From Candidatus Daviesbacteria bacterium (GTDB lineage: Bacteria; Patescibacteriota; Microgenomatia; Daviesbacterales; UBA10151), in assembly GCA_016187035.1 (NCBI GenBank), contig JACPKL010000008.1:99990-163989 (forward strand): 64,000 nucleotides of DNA. The letters run 5' to 3'. The translations under genes and the position numbers were made by a program. Under the pieces are notes generated by a model. That model was not told the DNA's origin, did not search any database, and saw only the letters and a list, made by a program, of their open reading frames with translations. Positions 25,376 through 32,109 of this stretch are shown here, piece after piece (the first letter of the stretch is position 1; each line of letters starts with the position of its first letter).

Positions 25376-26627
25376 CCAAAGAAGTTTAAGTAACGGATTA
25401 ACTTTAATAACTATTAATCAGCCTCATTTGGATTCTGTCACCACCTTGGTGGCGGTAGGAGCAGGATCAAGATACGAAACCAAAAAAATCTCCGGCATTT
25501 CCCATTTTTTAGAGCACATGTTTTTTAAAGGCTCCAAAAAATATCCTACTGCTATAGAAATTGCCAATTTAGTAGATGGCATAGGGGCAATTAATAATGC
25601 AGCTACAGATAAAGAAGTAACTTATTACTGGATTAAATCTGATAGTAAACATCTGGAGCTTTCTTCCGATATTTTATCTTCAATGATTAGCCAGTCGCTT
25701 TTGGCAGAGTCAGAAATCGAAAGAGAAAAAGGAGTCATTATTGAAGAGCTGAGAATGTATCGGGATGATCCAAGCCGTTATGTCTGGAATTTATATGAGA
25801 GGCTCCAATTTGGAGATCAGCCTTTGGGTTGGGATATTGGCGGAGATGAAAAAACTGTCACCTCCTTAATTAGGGAAGACTTTATAAAGTATATGAATGG
25901 CTTATATTCCCCAAAGAATATGGCTTTAGTATATGTTGGTAATTTGCCAAAAGATATTGAAAAAATTGCTGCTGATTATTTTAGTGATTTATTAGAAAAG
26001 CCTTATGGAAAATTCATACCATATAAGTCAAATGTGCAAACCAAACCTTGTCTTAATATATTCTACAAAAAAACAGACCAGGTTAATTTAATATTAGGTG
26101 TTCAGGCTTACAACCGTAATGACCCCAAAAAATATATTTTAAAAATATTAACAGCTATTTTGGGAGAAGGTATGTCTTCCAGGTTATTTATACAGCTTAG
26201 GGAACGAAGGGGTTTGGCCTATCATGTGGGCGCTGCGTTTACCCCGTATCAAGACAGCGGCGCCTTTACAGTTTATGCCGGCGTCAAGCTTGAGAAAGTT
26301 TATGAAAGCTTGGAAGTAATTAAAGCAGAGCTGGAAAAAGCCAAAGGTAAAGTGGGAGAAGATGAGTTAAAAAAGGCTAAAGAGATGATTAGGGGAAGAA
26401 TAGCTATTAAGAGTGAATCAACAAATTTCCTGGCAGAATACTTTGGAACCAATTTTGTGCTGGATAGGAAAATAGAAACTTTTGATGAGGTTTTAGAAAA
26501 AGTTGATAAAATATCTTTGGATGATGTTCAGTTAGTAGCCAATGAATTATTGCAAAACGAAAAGTATAACTTGCAGCTAATTGGACCCTTTAAGGATACT
26601 AATAAATTTGTTAAAGTTTTAGGATGA
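25368..26627 (+). CDS. M16 family zinc peptidase (insulinase-like)
   Basis: Inverted zinc motif HFLEHMFFKGS, plus EREKGVIIEE. Confidence 0.8.
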   Translation: MFNQRSLSNGLTLITINQPHLDSVTTLVAVGAGSRYETKKISGISHFLEHMFFKGSKKYPTAIEIANLVDGIGAINNAATDKEVTYYWIKSDSKHLELSSDILSSMISQSLLAESEIEREKGVIIEELRMYRDDPSRYVWNLYERLQFGDQPLGWDIGGDEKTVTSLIREDFIKYMNGLYSPKNMALVYVGNLPKDIEKIAADYFSDLLEKPYGKFIPYKSNVQTKPCLNIFYKKTDQVNLILGVQAYNRNDPKKYILKILTAILGEGMSSRLFIQLRERRGLAYHVGAAFTPYQDSGAFTVYAGVKLEKVYESLEVIKAELEKAKGKVGEDELKKAKEMIRGRIAIKSESTNFLAEYFGTNFVLDRKIETFDEVLEKVDKISLDDVQLVANELLQNEKYNLQLIGPFKDTNKFVKVLG

Positions 26628-27877
26628 ATATTTTTGACGGAGCAAAACACCAGCTAAATTTAGCAGCTAAACATCTTGAATTATCTAAAGGATTACTTGA
26701 GAGACTACAAACTCCTGACAGAACAATCCAGGTTAATTTGTTCGTTAAAAGAGATAACGGGCGAACGCAAATGTTTAAAGGTTATAGAGTTCAATATAAT
26801 AATTTCCTGGGTCCCTTTAAAGGGGGTTTGAGATTTCATCCTGCAGTGAATATGGATGAAGTTTCTGCATTAGCTTTTTGGATGATGATCAAAAATGCTG
26901 TTTCAGACGTGCCTTTTGGCGGGGGTAAAGGAGGGATACAAGTTGACCCTAAGAATTTATCAGAATCAGAACTGGAAAATTTAACCAGGGCTTTGGCTAA
27001 AGCACTTAGTCCTAATGTTGGTCCTAACCTGGATGTGCCAGCCCCTGATGTTAACACTAATTCTAAAATAATGGATTGGTTTGAATCGGAGTATTCCAAA
27101 ACTACAGGAGAGAAGAGTAAAGCTGTGGTAACTGGAAAATCAATCAAAAATGGTGGTTCTCAGGGCAGGGAACAAGCAACAGGTTTAGGGGGCTTTTTTG
27201 TTTTGGAGAAACTGGTAGAAAAGTTAGGTTTTAAAAAACCTTTAACAGCAGCAGTTCAGGGATTTGGCAATGTTGGTTCTAATATTGCCAAGATTTTGCA
27301 TGACAATGGTTATAAGGTGATAGCGCTATCAGATATAAAAGGTGGAATATGCAATACTACCGGAGAAGATTTTAATGTAGATTTGGTGAAAAAGTGCAGA
27401 GAAGAGAAAGGGTTTTTAGCAGGATGTTATTGTGTGGGATCTGTTTGTGATTTAGCAAAGAAATATGACGGGGTTATTTCCAATGAGGAACTGCTTGAGC
27501 TGCCGGTTGATATTTTAATTCCGGCAGCAGTAGAAAACGTGATTACAAAAAATAATGCAAATAAAATAAAAGCTAAAGTAGTTTTTGAAATGGCAAATGG
27601 TCCAACCTCCCCGGAAGCGGATCAGATTTTAAACAGAAAGAAAATTTTAGTTGTTCCAGATGTACTGGCAAACTGCGGAGGGGTAACTGTTTCATATTTT
27701 GAATGGTATCAGAATATGCACAGGGAAGTCTGGCAAGAGGATAAAGTAAACGGGAGATTGAAAGATCAAATGGAAAAAGCCTTTAATAGTGTTTGGGAGA
27801 TTCACCAAAGCAAAAAAGTTAATCTAAGAACAGCAGCTTATATATTAGCCTTGCAAAGGTTAGCCCAAAAAATATAG
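26624..27877 (+). CDS. gdhA: glutamate dehydrogenase
   Basis: FKGGLRFHP, PFGGGKGG, GFGNVG Rossmann motif, ANGPT. Confidence 0.9.
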   Translation: MNIFDGAKHQLNLAAKHLELSKGLLERLQTPDRTIQVNLFVKRDNGRTQMFKGYRVQYNNFLGPFKGGLRFHPAVNMDEVSALAFWMMIKNAVSDVPFGGGKGGIQVDPKNLSESELENLTRALAKALSPNVGPNLDVPAPDVNTNSKIMDWFESEYSKTTGEKSKAVVTGKSIKNGGSQGREQATGLGGFFVLEKLVEKLGFKKPLTAAVQGFGNVGSNIAKILHDNGYKVIALSDIKGGICNTTGEDFNVDLVKKCREEKGFLAGCYCVGSVCDLAKKYDGVISNEELLELPVDILIPAAVENVITKNNANKIKAKVVFEMANGPTSPEADQILNRKKILVVPDVLANCGGVTVSYFEWYQNMHREVWQEDKVNGRLKDQMEKAFNSVWEIHQSKKVNLRTAAYILALQRLAQKI

Positions 27878-28286
27878 CAACTATTGCTACTGCAATGCCT
27901 CCTAAAATATCCAAAGGATAATGGACTCCAACATAGACTCTTGATATGCCAACTAAAATTGCAAGTACTACAAAAAGATAAGACCATTTAGACCTAAAAT
28001 ATATATAGGCAAAAGCAATTGTTGCCATGATAGTTGCGTGCCTTGAAGGAAACGAAGCATCAGTTTTGCTGTCTACTAAAGGTGAGAAATTAAGAGTAAC
28101 AAAAGGCCTTGGTTCAAAATAAAGTAAGTGAATAATTTTAATTAAGAGTATGGCAATTGGGATAGCCAGGATGATAAGCAGAAGAGCTTTTTTCTCTTGC
28201 ACCTCGGCTTTAAAGGCTAAAATCAGCATCAAAAAAAATGTCAAATAAATCCCATACTGAGTAGTAAAAATCATTAAGCTGTCCAT
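27819..28286 (-). CDS. PAP2-family phosphatase (undecaprenyl-diphosphatase-like)
   Basis: PSRH and SRVYVGVHYPLD phosphatase motifs. Polytopic. 3' end overlaps gdhA by 59 nt. Confidence 0.7.
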   Translation of the reverse strand: MDSLMIFTTQYGIYLTFFLMLILAFKAEVQEKKALLLIILAIPIAILLIKIIHLLYFEPRPFVTLNFSPLVDSKTDASFPSRHATIMATIAFAYIYFRSKWSYLFVVLAILVGISRVYVGVHYPLDILGGIAVAIVAIFFGLTFARLIYKLLFLD

Positions 28287-28636
28287 GGAATAAAGGGAAG
28301 GAAAATAATAATTCCTAAAACAGCTGCAGTGACGGCAGCAACCAAAACTGCCCCAGCTGAAATGTCTTTAGCTAATTTAGCTCCAGGGTGCTCTTTATCT
28401 GTAAATGCATCAACCACTGCTTCGATTGCCGTATTTGTCAGTTCAATAGATATGACAAATCCAATTAAGATAATCAAAAAGATCCAATCATTTTTAGATA
28501 CTTTAAAATAAAAAGCAGCAAGAACAACAATTAATCCAGCAAGCAGATGAAATTTTAAATTTGGCTCCTCTTTTAAAGCAGCAATAAAACCTTCTAAAGC
28601 TAATTTGAAAGATAAAATACTAAATTTCTTGGTCAC
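28274..28636 (-). CDS. dgkA: diacylglycerol/undecaprenol kinase DgkA family
   Basis: IELTNTAIEAVVD.., AKDISAGAVL. 3 TM helices. GTG start. Confidence 0.75.
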   Translation of the reverse strand: MTKKFSILSFKLALEGFIAALKEEPNLKFHLLAGLIVVLAAFYFKVSKNDWIFLIILIGFVISIELTNTAIEAVVDAFTDKEHPGAKLAKDISAGAVLVAAVTAAVLGIIIFLPFIPWTA

Positions 28637-28653
28637 TCTTTTAGTATATATAC

Positions 28654-28682
28654 TTGACTTTAGGATTACAAATAGTTATATT
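28654..28682 (+). promoter_or_regulatory. purF operon promoter, leaderless configuration
   Basis: TTGACT 28654-28659, 17-nt spacer, TATATT 28677-28682. ATG 28688 follows after only 5 nt. Confidence 0.5.
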
Positions 28683-28687
28683 AGGCT

Positions 28688-30100
28688 ATGAGAGAGTTGA
28701 AAGAGAAATGTGGAATATTTGGAGTTTATGGCAAGGGATTTGAAGCAGCCCGTTTAGTTCATCCAGGATTGTGGGCCCTCCAGCATAGAGGCCAGGAATC
28801 TTCAGGAATAGCATCCTCAGATGGTAAACAAATTTTCATTCATAAAGGAATGGGTTTAGTAGCCCATGTTTTTGCAGAAAAGGACTTGCAAAAATTAAAA
28901 GGTTTTCTGGCAATTGGCCATAACCGTTATTCAACTTCTGGTGATTCAATTGAGTCTCATGCCCAACCAATTTTAGAAAAAGCAGGCGCTGGTAAATTTA
29001 TTGCTTTGGTACATAATGGTAATCTTCCTTCCACCAAAAAACTAGAACAATTCTTAAAAGAAAATAAGATTTTAACTTCCGGATTAAATGATTCAGAAAT
29101 GATCACCAAAGCCATAGCTTGTGATATGAAAGAAGATTTGTCTTTGGAAGATGCAATTAAAAAAGCTTACTCATTATTTACAGGAGTATTTTGCCTGTTA
29201 GTAATGGATGAGAAAAAATTGGTGGCATTAAGAGATAGTTTCGGAATCAGACCGCTTTGTATAGGTAAATTAAATGGAGGTTTTATAGTTGCCTCGGAAT
29301 CTTGCGCATTGGATATCATCGGCGCCAAATTCTTAAGGGAAGTAAAACCAGGTGAGATGATTGTTATTGATAAGAGGGGTTTGAAAAGTTATCAAATAGA
29401 AAAAGGCAATCAAAAATTAGATGTTTTTGAATATGTTTATTTTGCCAGACCGGATAGTATTCTTTTGGGAAAAAGTGTGGATCAAGTCAGGCAAAGTTTA
29501 GGAAAAGAACTGGCAAAAGAAAATCAGATTAAAGCTGATATAGTAATTCCTGTACCTGATTCTGCTATTCCTGCTGCAATTGGTTTTTCCCGCCAGTCTG
29601 GTATACCATTTGAAATGGGTCTTATAAAGAACCGTTATATTCATAGGACTTTTATTTCACCTGAGGAGCATACCCGTCATAAAGTAGTCCAACTGAAACT
29701 TAATCCAATGAGGCATATCTTAGAAGGTAAAAGAGTAGTTGTTATTGATGACTCAATTGTTAGGGGTACTACTTCCAAGGAAATTATTAAGATGATTAGA
29801 AATGCAGGGGCAAAAGAAATTCATCTGCTGATTTCCTCACCCCCTGTCAGATTTCCGGACTTTTATGGAATAGATACTCCTAATCAAAAAGATTTAATAG
29901 CTGCTGTTAAAAGAACAGATGAAATAGAACAATTTTTGGGTGTGGATTCTTTAAATTATTTATCTTATAAAGGATTAATAAAAGCAGTAGGTTTGCCTGA
30001 GGATGTTTTGTGCACGTCTTGTTTTACTGGAATATATCCTGTTGATATTGGAGAAAGGAGCAAAGAGGTAGATTATAGCTTGATTAAATATTTAACATGA
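28688..30100 (+). CDS. purF: amidophosphoribosyltransferase
   Basis: N-terminal nucleophile context KCGIFGV, PRTase motif VVVIDDSIVRGTT. Confidence 0.9.
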   Translation: MRELKEKCGIFGVYGKGFEAARLVHPGLWALQHRGQESSGIASSDGKQIFIHKGMGLVAHVFAEKDLQKLKGFLAIGHNRYSTSGDSIESHAQPILEKAGAGKFIALVHNGNLPSTKKLEQFLKENKILTSGLNDSEMITKAIACDMKEDLSLEDAIKKAYSLFTGVFCLLVMDEKKLVALRDSFGIRPLCIGKLNGGFIVASESCALDIIGAKFLREVKPGEMIVIDKRGLKSYQIEKGNQKLDVFEYVYFARPDSILLGKSVDQVRQSLGKELAKENQIKADIVIPVPDSAIPAAIGFSRQSGIPFEMGLIKNRYIHRTFISPEEHTRHKVVQLKLNPMRHILEGKRVVVIDDSIVRGTTSKEIIKMIRNAGAKEIHLLISSPPVRFPDFYGIDTPNQKDLIAAVKRTDEIEQFLGVDSLNYLSYKGLIKAVGLPEDVLCTSCFTGIYPVDIGERSKEVDYSLIKYLT

Positions 30101-30708
30101 CAAAGAGGATTGCGGTATTGGTTTCTAATATAGGAACAGGAACTAATTTACAAGCAATTATTGATGGAGTTAATTCAGGAAAAATAAATGCAGAGATTGT
30201 AGCAGTTATTTCTGATGTAGATAATAGTCCTGTCCTGCAACGGGTTAAAGAACATAAACTACCAATAATAATTTGCCCAAAAAAAGAAGATCTTTTAGAA
30301 ATTCTAAAAAATTTAAAAACAGACTATATTTGTCTGGCTGGGTGGAAACAAATCATTACTAATGAAGTGCTTGATACCTTTCCCAACAAAATATTAAACA
30401 CCCATCCAGGACTCATTCCAGATACACTTGATGGAGTTGTTAAAAATCCAGACGGAACAGAAGCTTTATGGAATAGGGGCAAAATGACCAATGCAGCTAT
30501 TCAAAACTTTTTAGACAGTAGAGTCACTTATGCTGGATGTACCAACCATCTTTTATCACATGAATTTGATTTTGGTCCAGTTTTAGGAAGGTGCTTTGAA
30601 AAAATTCAGCCTAAGGATACTATTGACTCACTTTATACGCGACTCAAGGTTAAAGAGAATCAATTATATGTTGATGTGTTAGCAAAATTATGCAAGGAGG
30701 ATCTATGA
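30097..30708 (+). CDS. purN: phosphoribosylglycinamide formyltransferase
   Basis: IAVLVSN.GTNLQAIID.., LAGW.., LNTHPGLIP. Confidence 0.8.
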   Translation: MTKRIAVLVSNIGTGTNLQAIIDGVNSGKINAEIVAVISDVDNSPVLQRVKEHKLPIIICPKKEDLLEILKNLKTDYICLAGWKQIITNEVLDTFPNKILNTHPGLIPDTLDGVVKNPDGTEALWNRGKMTNAAIQNFLDSRVTYAGCTNHLLSHEFDFGPVLGRCFEKIQPKDTIDSLYTRLKVKENQLYVDVLAKLCKEDL

Positions 30709-32051
30709 ACATATTGGTTATTGGACAAAATGGCAGAGAACATGCATTAGCAGAGAGTTATGCTAAAAGTAAAAAAGTAAAGAAAGTAATTATGACTCCT
30801 GGAAATGGTTTAACTGATTTTCAAAATCCCAAAATAAAAAATTATCCAGAGGTTGAGATGATGAATTTTGAAGGGATTGTTAAGATTTGTAAAAAAGAAA
30901 AAATAGATTTAGTGGATGTTCCTCAAGAGAATATTATCGAAGCAGCTTATGTTGATAGATTAGCTGATTTGGGATTCAAAGTATTTGGTCCCACCAAAGC
31001 AGCTTCACAATTAGAATGGGATAAGGAATGGTCCAGAAACTTTATGGTTAAATATAATCTTCCCATACCAAAGTTTAAATCATTTACCAATAGAAAAGAA
31101 GCAATTAAATATGTCAATAAGTTAAATGATAAGCTTTTGTTTATTAAGGCAACTGGTTTAGCTTATGGTAAAGGAGTAATTAGGGCTGAAAATAAAAAAC
31201 AGGCCATGGAGGCAATCAAAGGAATGAGCGAATTTGGAAAATCTGGAGAAACCTTTCTTATAGAAGAAGGATTAGTTGGGGAGGAGTTTTCTCTTTTTGC
31301 TTTGTGTGATGGAAAAAATTTACAGATAGTAAGTTTTGCTCAAGATTATAAAACAGCCTTTGATGGAGATATGGGGCCCAATACTGGGGGGATGGGAAGT
31401 GTAGCACCAGCAGGAGTTGTTACTGATACGATGATACGTATCATCAAAGCAGAGATTTTTGAACCGCTGATGCAGGGGATGCAAAAAGAGGGAAGGCCGT
31501 ATAGAGGAATTTTATATCTTGGAGGTATTCTGACTAAAGGTGGCGTGAGAGTCATAGAGTTTAATGCCCGGTGGGGCGATCCTGAAGCAGAAGTAATTTT
31601 ACCTGCTATTAAAACAGATTATCTAAAAATTGTTGAAGCAGTTTTAGCTGGTCAGTTGAAAACTTTAAAAGTTGAGATGGACAATAAAGTCAGAATTAGT
31701 GTGGCAGGTTGTTCTAAAGGATATCCACGAGATTATTCAAAAGCTAAAGGGAAAGAGGTAATCGGGTTAGATGAGGTAATCAAACTGCCAGGGATTACTA
31801 TCTTTGGCGCGGGGATTAAAAAAGCAGACAAAAAGTTTTTGGTAAGCGGCGGACGCGTCTTTTATTTAGTAGCGGACGGAAAAAATGTGATAGAGGCAAG
31901 ACAAAAGGCATATCAGGCAATGGCCTTGATAAATATAGAAGGAGATAATTTGCATTATAGAACAGATATTGGATGGAGGGATGTTGAAAGACTTAAGAAT
32001 CAGTTGTCATTGCGAGGAATCGGACTGAGCGAAGCGACGTGGCAATCTTGA
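30705..32051 (+). CDS. purD: phosphoribosylamine-glycine ligase
   Basis: MNILVIGQNGREHALA, ATP-grasp core, GGMGS. ATG 30705 is preceded by AAGGAGG. The last roughly 15 codons and the stop lie in repeat 32005-32098. Confidence 0.9.
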   Translation: MNILVIGQNGREHALAESYAKSKKVKKVIMTPGNGLTDFQNPKIKNYPEVEMMNFEGIVKICKKEKIDLVDVPQENIIEAAYVDRLADLGFKVFGPTKAASQLEWDKEWSRNFMVKYNLPIPKFKSFTNRKEAIKYVNKLNDKLLFIKATGLAYGKGVIRAENKKQAMEAIKGMSEFGKSGETFLIEEGLVGEEFSLFALCDGKNLQIVSFAQDYKTAFDGDMGPNTGGMGSVAPAGVVTDTMIRIIKAEIFEPLMQGMQKEGRPYRGILYLGGILTKGGVRVIEFNARWGDPEAEVILPAIKTDYLKIVEAVLAGQLKTLKVEMDNKVRISVAGCSKGYPRDYSKAKGKEVIGLDEVIKLPGITIFGAGIKKADKKFLVSGGRVFYLVADGKNVIEARQKAYQAMALINIEGDNLHYRTDIGWRDVERLKNQLSLRGIGLSEATWQS

Positions 32052-32098
32052 TTGAAGAAAGATTCCCACGCCCCGCCGTGGCGGGGCTCGGAATGACA
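32005..32098. repeat. palindromic mini-element type A, full copy with GC-rich inner hairpin
   Basis: TGTCATTGCGAGGAATCGGACTGAGCGAAGCGACGTGGCAATCTT .. GCCCCGC-CGTG-GCGGGGC .. CTCGGAATGACA. Confidence 0.8.
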
Positions 32099-32109
32099 GA
32101 AAGGAAACT

